From Campylobacterota bacterium (GTDB lineage: Bacteria; Campylobacterota; Campylobacteria; Campylobacterales; Thiovulaceae), in the NCBI GenBank assembly GCA_030152305.1, contig JASKOM010000006.1, positions 11,515-75,514 of the forward strand: a stretch of DNA of 64,000 nucleotides. The letters are read 5' to 3'. Made by a program: the position numbers and the translations under genes. The notes under the pieces are model-generated. The model saw only the letters and a list, made by a program, of their open reading frames with translations, made no database searches and had not been told where the DNA came from. This document shows positions 52,077 to 60,103 of the stretch, in pieces. Position 1 is the stretch's first letter, and each line of letters opens with the position of its first letter.

Positions 52077-52324
52077 GTATAAAATGTAAAACAGCGGTTA
52101 TTTTATCAGCAATCTTATTTTTCTCAACTGGTTGTGGTGGAGGCGGTGGAGGAAGTTCAACACCTTCAACTGAAACAAACACAACAGGCAATAACACAGA
52201 TAATAATGGTAATAGTTCAAATGGATCAACTAACACAGATAGTGGTGATTTACCTCCTAGTTTTACAGATGATCCTGATCTAGCTGAAAAATTATCTGAT
52301 ACTCCTTTACCTAAAGCCGAGTAA
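52073..52324 (+). CDS. small Gly/Ser/Asn-rich lipoprotein
   Basis: Lipobox STGC then GGGGGGSS; GGAG RBS. Confidence 0.7.
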   Translation: MSIKCKTAVILSAILFFSTGCGGGGGGSSTPSTETNTTGNNTDNNGNSSNGSTNTDSGDLPPSFTDDPDLAEKLSDTPLPKAE

Positions 52325-52331
52325 TTAATTT

Positions 52332-52481
52332 ATGAAATTATTAACAACTGTTTTAACGGTTTTATTTTTGTTTGTTGGTTGTGGAAGCGATGGAACGGCA
52401 ACTATTACTGTTGAAGATAACAATTCAAATTCAACTTCGAATAATTTGCCTCCATCTATTCCAGATTTTGCTAATAAATAA
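52332..52481 (+). CDS. small lipoprotein, 49 aa (not in the ORF track)
   Basis: Manual translation MKLLTTVLTVLFLFVGCGSDGTATITVEDNNSNSTSNNLPPSIPDFANK; stop overlaps the rsmH start (TAATG). Confidence 0.7.
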   Translation: MKLLTTVLTVLFLFVGCGSDGTATITVEDNNSNSTSNNLPPSIPDFANK

Positions 52482-53416
52482 TGGACTCGCCACATATTCC
52501 TGTTCTTCTCGATGAGGTCGTAAAAGAGTTCAGTTCAACTGAATTTGATAAAGTTTTTTTTATTGATGCAACGATCGGATACGGCGGACATTCAAAAGCT
52601 ATTTTGGAAAGTTCGCAAAATATCCACCTCATCGGCATAGATCGAGATTCTGAAGCTGTTGAATTTTCAAAAAAAAGATTAAATAGTTTCGGTTCTCGAA
52701 TAAATATTTTACACGGAACTTTTTCAGAAAAAATAAACGAAGCAATAAAATTAGCTGGAGATAATAAAATTATCGGAATCTTAGCTGATATTGGAGTTTC
52801 GAGTTTGCAACTTGATAAAATTGACCGCGGTTTTAGTTTTGATTCGCCAAATTTAGATATGCGAATGAATCAAAATGATGAATTAACGGCTTATAAAATT
52901 ATAAATAATTATTCGCAATATAAATTAGAACAGATTTTTAAAGATTTTGGTGAAATTAGAAATAGTAAAAAAATTGCAACTGCGATTATAAATAATCGTC
53001 CTATTGAAAGCGGTTTAGAATTGGCTAATTTGATAGAAAAAACTGAAGGTCGTTGGAGTGGAACTCATCCAGCAACTCAAATTTTTCAGGCTATTCGAAT
53101 TGAAGTAAATGGCGAATTGAATCAATTAGAAAATTTATTAAAAGAAATTGAATTATTTGCTAGAAATAATAAATTAAACGGTTCGAAAATTGCAATAATT
53201 ACTTTTCATTCGCTTGAAGACCGAATTGTGAAAGATAAATTTCGAGATTGGGCAAATAGCTGTATCTGTCCGCCTGAAGTAATGAAATGTAGCTGTGGCG
53301 ATAATCACGATATTGGCGAGATATTAACAAAAAAGCCAATTATCGCAACAGAAAAAGAAATATCAAAAAATAGACGAAGTCGCAGTGCAAAATTAAGACT
53401 CTTTCAAATTAATTAA
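52481..53416 (+). CDS. rsmH: 16S rRNA m4C1402 methyltransferase
   Basis: HIPVLL, DATIGYGGHS, DIGVSSLQLD, FHSLEDR, RSRSAKLR. Confidence 0.96.
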   Translation: MDSPHIPVLLDEVVKEFSSTEFDKVFFIDATIGYGGHSKAILESSQNIHLIGIDRDSEAVEFSKKRLNSFGSRINILHGTFSEKINEAIKLAGDNKIIGILADIGVSSLQLDKIDRGFSFDSPNLDMRMNQNDELTAYKIINNYSQYKLEQIFKDFGEIRNSKKIATAIINNRPIESGLELANLIEKTEGRWSGTHPATQIFQAIRIEVNGELNQLENLLKEIELFARNNKLNGSKIAIITFHSLEDRIVKDKFRDWANSCICPPEVMKCSCGDNHDIGEILTKKPIIATEKEISKNRRSRSAKLRLFQIN

Positions 53417-53437
53417 TAAAAAAATATAGGAGATTTT

Positions 53438-54433
53438 TTGAGAGATTTTATAAATAAAATTAGAGACTGTCAAGATAAAAATGAATTAGAAAATATTCGA
53501 ATTTCGATTCTTGGCAAAAAAGGGGAACTTGCAAAAGCCTTTGCTGATATGAAAAATTTATCAGGTGATCAAAAAAAAGAACGAGCAAAAGAGCTTAACG
53601 AATTAAAAGATATTTTTACGGTTGAGTTAGAAAAACGAGAATCTGAACTTTCAGAAATTGAACTTGATAATAAAATGTTAAGTGAAAAAATTGATATTTC
53701 GTTGTTGTCTCCAAAAGTTGAAATTGGCGGTTATCATCCAGTTGTCGAAACGATGAATCGAATAATTAGCTATTTTAATAATATGAATTTCTCGATTGAA
53801 GAAGGAAATATGGTCGAAGATGATTGGCATAATTTTGAAGCTTTAAATTTGCCAAAAAGCCATCCAGCTCGAGATATGCAAGATACTTTTTATTTTGGCG
53901 ACGGACGACTTTTGAGAACTCATACTTCGCCAGTTCAAATTCGAACAATGATGCGAGAAAAACCGCCAATTCGAATGATTGCACCTGGAACTGTTTTTCG
54001 AAGAGATTTCGATTTGACTCACACTCCGATGTTTCATCAAGTTGAAGGTTTAGTTATCGAAAACGGCGATAAAGTTTCGTTTGCAAATTTAAAATTTATT
54101 TTAGAAGATTTCTTAAAATATATGTTTGGCGATGTAAAAGTTCGATTTAGACCAAGTTTTTTCCCATTTACTGAACCGTCGGCTGAAGCTGATATTTCAT
54201 GTTTATTTTGTGGTGGCAACGGCTGTCGAGTATGTTCTCATACTGGTTGGCTCGAAGTTCTTGGTTGCGGAATGGTTGATCCAAATGTATTTAAATCAGT
54301 AAATTATGAAAATGTTAGCGGTTATGCTTTCGGTCTCGGAGTTGAAAGATTTGCAATGTTAATTCACAGAGTTCCAGATTTAAGATCAATGTTTGAAGGT
54401 GATTTAAGACTTTTAGAACAATTCAGAGTTTGA
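53438..54433 (+). CDS. pheS: phenylalanyl-tRNA synthetase alpha subunit
   Basis: [35 protein letters not shown]. Confidence 0.97.
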   Translation: MRDFINKIRDCQDKNELENIRISILGKKGELAKAFADMKNLSGDQKKERAKELNELKDIFTVELEKRESELSEIELDNKMLSEKIDISLLSPKVEIGGYHPVVETMNRIISYFNNMNFSIEEGNMVEDDWHNFEALNLPKSHPARDMQDTFYFGDGRLLRTHTSPVQIRTMMREKPPIRMIAPGTVFRRDFDLTHTPMFHQVEGLVIENGDKVSFANLKFILEDFLKYMFGDVKVRFRPSFFPFTEPSAEADISCLFCGGNGCRVCSHTGWLEVLGCGMVDPNVFKSVNYENVSGYAFGLGVERFAMLIHRVPDLRSMFEGDLRLLEQFRV

Positions 54434-54465
54434 TATATTAAAATGTCAGAAAATTTAACTGGAGT

Positions 54466-55098
54466 ATGAACAAAATGAACAAGTTCAGTTTTAATATAGC
54501 AAATAAATTCGGAATTGTTTCGACATTTTTTGCTTTGGTATTAAGTGGTTGTGGAAGCGATAACAACGAAATAAAAGAGACTAACGAAACAAAAAGTCAA
54601 AAAAATATCTCGCAAAATCTTGTAGCTAAAAAAGATTATTCATTACGAATTGTTAATGGCAGAACAATAAAAGCTTCTCGTGAAGGCACAAGTTTTAAAT
54701 TTGAAAATGAACCTCGACTTGTTTTATTAGATTTTTTTACAACTTGGTGTCCAGCTTGTCGTTCTGTTGCTCCGCATTTGACAAATTTGCAAAATAAACA
54801 TAAAGGCGAATTGTCAATAATTGGTGTTCTCGTTGAAAATGGCAGATCTGATGATGCAGTTCGAGATTTTCAAGAAAAATACAGTGCAAAATATGATATT
54901 GCTAATTCGACAACAGCTAGTGATGATTCTAATTTTAAACTTTCAAATGATGTAGCATCGCTTTTGCGAATGCCTCGATCTTATCCGATTCCGCTTTTAG
55001 TTTTATTTAAAGATGGCGAATATTATCGACATTATGTTGGTGCAGTTCCTGAAGAAATGATCGAAAGCGATTTATTAGATGCTCTTGGAAAGAGATAA
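54466..55098 (+). CDS. TlpA/ResA-like thioredoxin lipoprotein
   Basis: Lipobox LSGC; FFTTWCPAC. Confidence 0.88.
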   Translation: MNKMNKFSFNIANKFGIVSTFFALVLSGCGSDNNEIKETNETKSQKNISQNLVAKKDYSLRIVNGRTIKASREGTSFKFENEPRLVLLDFFTTWCPACRSVAPHLTNLQNKHKGELSIIGVLVENGRSDDAVRDFQEKYSAKYDIANSTTASDDSNFKLSNDVASLLRMPRSYPIPLLVLFKDGEYYRHYVGAVPEEMIESDLLDALGKR

Positions 55099-55104
55099 TA
55101 ATTA

Positions 55105-55995
55105 ATGTTTGGTTTTTTCGAACGAGGCTTTAAAAAGACTCTTGAAGTTATAAAAGCACTTGATAAATCGCTTATGGTCGAAGCGATTCATCATATTAAA
55201 AAAGATAGATTAGAAGAAATATTAATCGAAAGCGATGTTACTTATGATTTAATCGAAGAGATTTTAGAGAATTTGCCTGATGAGGTATCTCGAGAAGATT
55301 TAGAACCACGATTATTAAAATGTTTTGAAACACAAAAAAAAGACTGGATTCACAAAAGACCTGTTGTTCAATTAATTATTGGTGTCAATGGTGCAGGAAA
55401 AACGACAACGATTGCAAAACTTGCATCAAAATATCGCAAACAGGGCAAACGAGTTATTTTAGGAGCTTCTGATACTTTTAGAGCGGCCGCTATTGAACAG
55501 CTTAGATTATGGGCTGATCGTCTTGATATTCCAGTCATTTTTTCAAAACAGGGACACGATCCGTCAGGTGTTACTTTTGATGCAATTAGATCAGGAGTTG
55601 CGAGAAACATGGATTATATAATAATCGATACGGCTGGTCGTTTGCATAATCAAAGCAATTTATCAGAAGAGCTGAAAAAAATCGTTCGAGTTGCTGATAA
55701 AGCTCATGCTGGATCACCTCATCAAAAAATTTTAATTTTAGATGGAACTCAAGGAACTTCGGCAATTGTTCAAGCTGAAAAATTTAACGAAATGATAGGA
55801 ATTGACGGAATAATTATCACAAAATTAGATGGCACAGCAAAAGGTGGAGCGATTTTTTCGATAGCAGAAGCTTTAAAAGTTCCAATTTTATATATTGGAA
55901 TTGGAGAAAAACCCGACGATTTAATCGAGTTTGTTCCAAAAGAATTTGTCAAAGGTCTTTTAGATAAATTATATAAAGGCGAATCGAAATTATAA
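55105..55995 (+). CDS. ftsY: signal recognition particle receptor
   Basis: GVNGAGKTTT, DTFRAAA, DTAGR, TKLDGTAKGG. Confidence 0.96.
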   Translation: MFGFFERGFKKTLEVIKALDKSLMVEAIHHIKKDRLEEILIESDVTYDLIEEILENLPDEVSREDLEPRLLKCFETQKKDWIHKRPVVQLIIGVNGAGKTTTIAKLASKYRKQGKRVILGASDTFRAAAIEQLRLWADRLDIPVIFSKQGHDPSGVTFDAIRSGVARNMDYIIIDTAGRLHNQSNLSEELKKIVRVADKAHAGSPHQKILILDGTQGTSAIVQAEKFNEMIGIDGIIITKLDGTAKGGAIFSIAEALKVPILYIGIGEKPDDLIEFVPKEFVKGLLDKLYKGESKL

Positions 55996-56871
55996 AATTT
56001 TTACAAGTCCAGAACTTATTATAATAGCTTTTAAGCGAATTCCATCGGTTGTTTCAACCTGAATAGAATCATTGAATCCTCCATTTTGGAGGGCTTTCAC
56101 TTCAGTTTCCATATAAACATTTCCATCACGAATAAAACCTTTTAACATTTGTCCTTTTAATACGACACTATTTTTTTCAATATTTCGATTAAAAAGTTCG
56201 CGATCTTTTGGAATATAGCCTTTTGCAACAATATCATTTAAATCTTGAACTGATAAATAATCTCCCCGAAATCGTTCAAATTTCATTTTTTGAACAACCG
56301 TATTTGATGAGGTCAAAGCTTCACCTTTTTGAATATTCGTTGAGCTTTTTACAATTTCAATATATGCTTCGATATTAAATTTAAAATGAATTCTATTGCC
56401 ATCCGAGTCTTCAATATAAAATAAGCCATTTGATTTTTGAATATCACTGTCATTAATTACAATTTCATATTTATCAGGCAATGAATCAATATTATTTTTT
56501 GGAGTAACAATAACATTGACTATATCCATATCTGGATATTTTTTTTGAAACTCTTTCTGTAAAGAATCGGCGATACAATTAATACACAAAGTTGCAGGAA
56601 CATATGTAAATTTAATTTGACGAATATTTGTTTTATCAACAGATATATTATTTTTATTAAATTGTTCTATTAAATCCATAGTTGAAATATAAAACTTTGT
56701 TGAATCGTGTTCAAAATTACCAATTAAAAAATTATTTTTTTTTGAAATTGATTTATATATATCTTTTGCATAAATAGATTTGTTATTAACGATATATTCG
56801 TCATTTAATATTAAAGATAATGCAAATGTTGGAAACACAATTAATAATGTAGAAATAGATATTTTTTTCAA
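55990..56871 (-). CDS. flgA: flagellar basal body P-ring formation chaperone
   Basis: Signal peptide, SAF-like domain, VLKG...VKALQNG...IQV C-terminus. Confidence 0.75.
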   Translation of the reverse strand: MKKISISTLLIVFPTFALSLILNDEYIVNNKSIYAKDIYKSISKKNNFLIGNFEHDSTKFYISTMDLIEQFNKNNISVDKTNIRQIKFTYVPATLCINCIADSLQKEFQKKYPDMDIVNVIVTPKNNIDSLPDKYEIVINDSDIQKSNGLFYIEDSDGNRIHFKFNIEAYIEIVKSSTNIQKGEALTSSNTVVQKMKFERFRGDYLSVQDLNDIVAKGYIPKDRELFNRNIEKNSVVLKGQMLKGFIRDGNVYMETEVKALQNGGFNDSIQVETTDGIRLKAIIISSGLVKIL

Positions 56872-56897
56872 TTTTGTAGTCGTTATTTATAAATTTG

Positions 56898-56983
56898 TGG
56901 TACCACAGGTCGGACTCGAACCGACACGATATTGCTATCACCAGATTTTGAGTCTAGCGTGTCTGCCATTTCACCACTGTGGC
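56898..56983 (-). tRNA. tRNA-Leu (CAA)
   Basis: GCCACAG acceptor stem, CTAGA-CT-CAA-AA-TCTGG anticodon arm, long variable arm, GGTTCGAGTCC T-arm, encoded CCA. Confidence 0.96.
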
Positions 56984-56996
56984 TTTTTATATAAAA

Positions 56997-57018
56997 GACT
57001 AAAGAAACCTCTTTAGTC
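56997..57018 (-). terminator. hairpin between hup and tRNA-Leu
   Basis: GACTAAAG-N6-CTTTAGTC followed by TTTT on the minus strand; a TGATATAAT element lies at 57026-57034. Confidence 0.55.
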
Positions 57019-57041
57019 CAAGAGGATTATATCATAAATTA

Positions 57042-57455
57042 CTATGATTTTTTTGTTTTCGCAGTAGTTTTTTTAACTTTTGAAGGTGTTTCAACAACTG
57101 GCTCTCGTTCTTTTTTAACAACTTTCACCACTTTTTTAACAACTTTTTTAGCTCTTGTTTTTTTCACAGTTTTTGGTTTAACTTTAAGAACTGCTTCTTT
57201 TAAATTTTTACCAACTTTAAATTTAACACTTGTTCTTGCAGGAACTTTAACTTTATCTTGTTTACCTGGAAGTGTTGTTTCTCTTTCACTTCTTTCGATA
57301 ACATCAAAAGTGCCGAAGCCCATAAATGTAATTGAATCGCCATCTACCAAAATATCCTGCACAGTTTTGATAGCTACATTCAAAACATTTTCAGCATCTT
57401 TTTTTGAAACAGAGGCTTTGTCTGCAACTACTCTAATAAAATCAGCTTTTTTCAT
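57042..57455 (-). CDS. hup: HU family DNA-binding protein with Lys-rich C-terminal tail
   Basis: MKKADFI...FMGFGTF...KVPARTSVKFKVGKNLKEAV plus about 45-aa K/V/T-rich tail. Confidence 0.9.
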   Translation of the reverse strand: MKKADFIRVVADKASVSKKDAENVLNVAIKTVQDILVDGDSITFMGFGTFDVIERSERETTLPGKQDKVKVPARTSVKFKVGKNLKEAVLKVKPKTVKKTRAKKVVKKVVKVVKKEREPVVETPSKVKKTTAKTKKS

Positions 57456-57570
57456 TTGGTAAGTCCCTTGAAACTTAAAATTATTGCAAATAATTTTTAC
57501 ACTATTGTATTCAAAAAAATAGTTTAAGTCAATAGATATGAATTAAATTGCTAAGCTAATTTTAAACATT

Positions 57571-58692
57571 TTACCAGCCTATTGTTAAATTAAATAAATA
57601 TCGCCGATCAGAATCTTGTCCGCTATATGCTCCCAATTCTTCAGTATATGTAACTAAGCTTAACTGAACAATTGCAAATCTCATATCTAAACCTGCTGTA
57701 TAGTTTCCTTGATAAAAACCTAAACCACCTTTTAAAGTCAGCATTGTTGAATCATAAAAAAGTCCTTCGACACCGATTCTGCTTTTTGTAATAAAATCAG
57801 AATTATTAGTTATATCAATATAATCAAGTCCTGCTTTCCAACTTTTTAAAAATTTGTTATTTAAATTTTTTTCATAACCTAAACCAAAATTTAAAGTTTC
57901 TGGAATATAGCTTTGACTATTTTTATAACCGATTCCACCAATATTTAAAAAACTTGCACCAACTTTATAACCTGTTTTAGTTAGCCATAACAAACCTAAA
58001 TCAAAAACAGTTGAAGTTCCACGATGTGAGATGTCATCAATTAAATAGGAGTCGATATTATCGCGATGTTCAACTAATTTATCAATAGTAAAATTTTCAT
58101 GAACTGATATATATTTAATATATTTTGTTGCAATTCCGAATGATAAAGCTTGAGACCAATCATAAGAAATTCCGAAAACTCCGCCACCAATAACAGAACC
58201 ATCAACATCGAAAAAGCCATTACTACCTAATCCGCGATGAGTTGAGAAATTTAAATTTATATTTGTCAAAGCACCGATCGAAAAAGCTAAATTTTTAATA
58301 CCTTTTGCAACATATGAAAAATTTGAAATTTCAAAATTGTTATTTGAACCCAAATATTCTCGAGTTATTCGCAATAATTCAAGATTTCTTTCATCTTCGT
58401 TTTCGATATCTTGCAAGTCAAGACCATCTTTACCAATATTAATTACATTTTTATTAGCTGAAAGCGATAAATTAATTAATTTTATTTCGGCTCCATTGCT
58501 ACGATTAATCGTAGAAAGTCCAGCTGGATTATAAAAAACGGCTGTTCCACTACCACCTAGACCGATGTTCGCTCCACCCATTTTGATAATCGAAATATCT
58601 TTATATAATTGATAATTTTCATAAGTTGTTGAATTTAAATTATTAATAAATGCAAATAAATTTATATAAATAATATTTTTTTTAGAAATCAA
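57571..58692 (-). CDS. outer-membrane beta-barrel, TraF/FadL/PorV-like
   Basis: MGGANIG...AVFYNPAGL N-terminal motif; amphipathic strands; C-terminal aromatic W. Confidence 0.7.
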   Translation of the reverse strand: MISKKNIIYINLFAFINNLNSTTYENYQLYKDISIIKMGGANIGLGGSGTAVFYNPAGLSTINRSNGAEIKLINLSLSANKNVINIGKDGLDLQDIENEDERNLELLRITREYLGSNNNFEISNFSYVAKGIKNLAFSIGALTNINLNFSTHRGLGSNGFFDVDGSVIGGGVFGISYDWSQALSFGIATKYIKYISVHENFTIDKLVEHRDNIDSYLIDDISHRGTSTVFDLGLLWLTKTGYKVGASFLNIGGIGYKNSQSYIPETLNFGLGYEKNLNNKFLKSWKAGLDYIDITNNSDFITKSRIGVEGLFYDSTMLTLKGGLGFYQGNYTAGLDMRFAIVQLSLVTYTEELGAYSGQDSDRRYLFNLTIGW

Positions 58693-59300
58693 AAGCGATA
58701 CCTTAGACCTGTGTAAATGCCGTCGCTATCGAAATATAAAAATAGCGGTTTTTCACGAGAATGACTTAACCAACCAATTGTTCCGCCAAGAATTGCACCT
58801 GTTAAAACATCAGTTTGCCAATGGGCTCCAGCATTAACTCGACCAGCCATTTGTTGAATCGGTAATAATAAAAGAACATAAGCCCAATACGAGTCTTTTT
58901 TATATTCTAAAAAATACGGTGTAATTATCGATGTCATCGATGAAACATGACCACTTGGAAAACTATCGTTATCAACGACATCACTGCCAACAAACCATTC
59001 ATTTGGTGTTTCTGCTTTTCGTGGGCGAACTCGTCGAAAACTATTTTTTAAAATTTCTGTTGATAAATTTGTCCAAATAAACGAATCAAGAGCTTTTAAT
59101 GTTGTTTTTCCAAAACGAGTTTCGCTGTTGCCTTCGATTAATGCCGTTGCCAAAAGTGAATAACCTGCGATATAAGGCAATTCATAATGAGAAGTCAAAA
59201 TATAATTATTGCTTTTATCAACTTTTTTATCAATTGTAAAGGCATGTAAATTATTTGACGAAAATAATATCGAACTTGTTAATAATATTTTTTTTATCAT
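58689..59300 (-). CDS. PAP2 family phosphatase
   Basis: KNSFRRVRP, SFPSGH, GRVNAGAHWQTDV. Confidence 0.9.
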   Translation of the reverse strand: MIKKILLTSSILFSSNNLHAFTIDKKVDKSNNYILTSHYELPYIAGYSLLATALIEGNSETRFGKTTLKALDSFIWTNLSTEILKNSFRRVRPRKAETPNEWFVGSDVVDNDSFPSGHVSSMTSIITPYFLEYKKDSYWAYVLLLLPIQQMAGRVNAGAHWQTDVLTGAILGGTIGWLSHSREKPLFLYFDSDGIYTGLRYRF

Positions 59301-59312
59301 TTTTTATTTATT

Positions 59313-59717
59313 TTAACTTCCTCCACCATCATTCCAAGTATCTCGTGGAGATCTATATTTATTATTTAATTCTATTTTTTTTAGATTTTCAAGAGCTATC
59401 GAAATAGCTTCGATTTCTTGATCGGATAAACTTTTTGCAAAAGGAATCATTATTAATGATTGTTGATTATTTTCGATTCCTTTTTTATATTTTAATAATC
59501 TTCTTTTTAAATCCCAAGACGATCTTCCAGAAAGTGAAGGATAATTATGTAGTCCTTTGCCGTCAATTCCATGACAGCTTGAACAACCTTTTGAGAAATA
59601 TAAATCTTCTCCCATTTTACTTAAATTATTATCATTGGCTAATAAAAAATTAAATATTAATGGAACTGATATATATATATTAAGCGAAGGCTTTAATTTT
59701 TTCAAGAACTTTTGCAA
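59313..59717 (-). CDS. class I cytochrome c (c553-like; start uncertain)
   Basis: CSSCHG haem motif, YPSLSG, distal Met (LIMIPF). Confidence 0.88.
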   Translation of the reverse strand: MQKFLKKLKPSLNIYISVPLIFNFLLANDNNLSKMGEDLYFSKGCSSCHGIDGKGLHNYPSLSGRSSWDLKRRLLKYKKGIENNQQSLIMIPFAKSLSDQEIEAISIALENLKKIELNNKYRSPRDTWNDGGGS

Positions 59718-60039
59718 GACTTTTAAACGGTTTTAATAAATAATCGTTTGCACCTAATTGATGACTATTTAAAACTCGATCAAGAGTTGAATGAGCAGTC
59801 ATCATAATTATTTTTGTTCTTTTATTTTGCATTCGAACAGTTTTTAAAAAATCCATACCGTCCATTTGAGGCATCATAATATCTAATAAAACGATATCAA
59901 AAGTTCCAGCTTTAACTTCTTCAAGTGCATTCGCAGGATTCGAAAAAACTCTAACTTCAAAGCCTTTTTCTCTACCGATTAATCTTTCCAACATCGAAAG
60001 AATCTCAAGTTCATTATCGACAATTGCTATTTTTGCCAT
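59680..60039 (-). CDS. single-domain response regulator
   Basis: IVDNE, LDIMMPQMDG, MMTA, LLKPF. Confidence 0.9.
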   Translation of the reverse strand: MAKIAIVDNELEILSMLERLIGREKGFEVRVFSNPANALEEVKAGTFDIVLLDIMMPQMDGMDFLKTVRMQNKRTKIIMMTAHSTLDRVLNSHQLGANDYLLKPFKSLAKVLEKIKAFA

Positions 60040-60103
60040 TGTTTCTCCTTAATTTAATTCGAATGAAATTATATTCCTATTTCTGAATAACTTATTAAAG
60101 ATA

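Noticed and set aside
56898-57042. tRNA-Leu as an island integration site
   Set aside because: No integrase and no duplicated tRNA 3' end seen; the flanks are flgA and hup.
57571-58692. TraF-like gene as evidence for a conjugative element
   Set aside because: No relaxase, coupling protein or other T4SS genes in the window.
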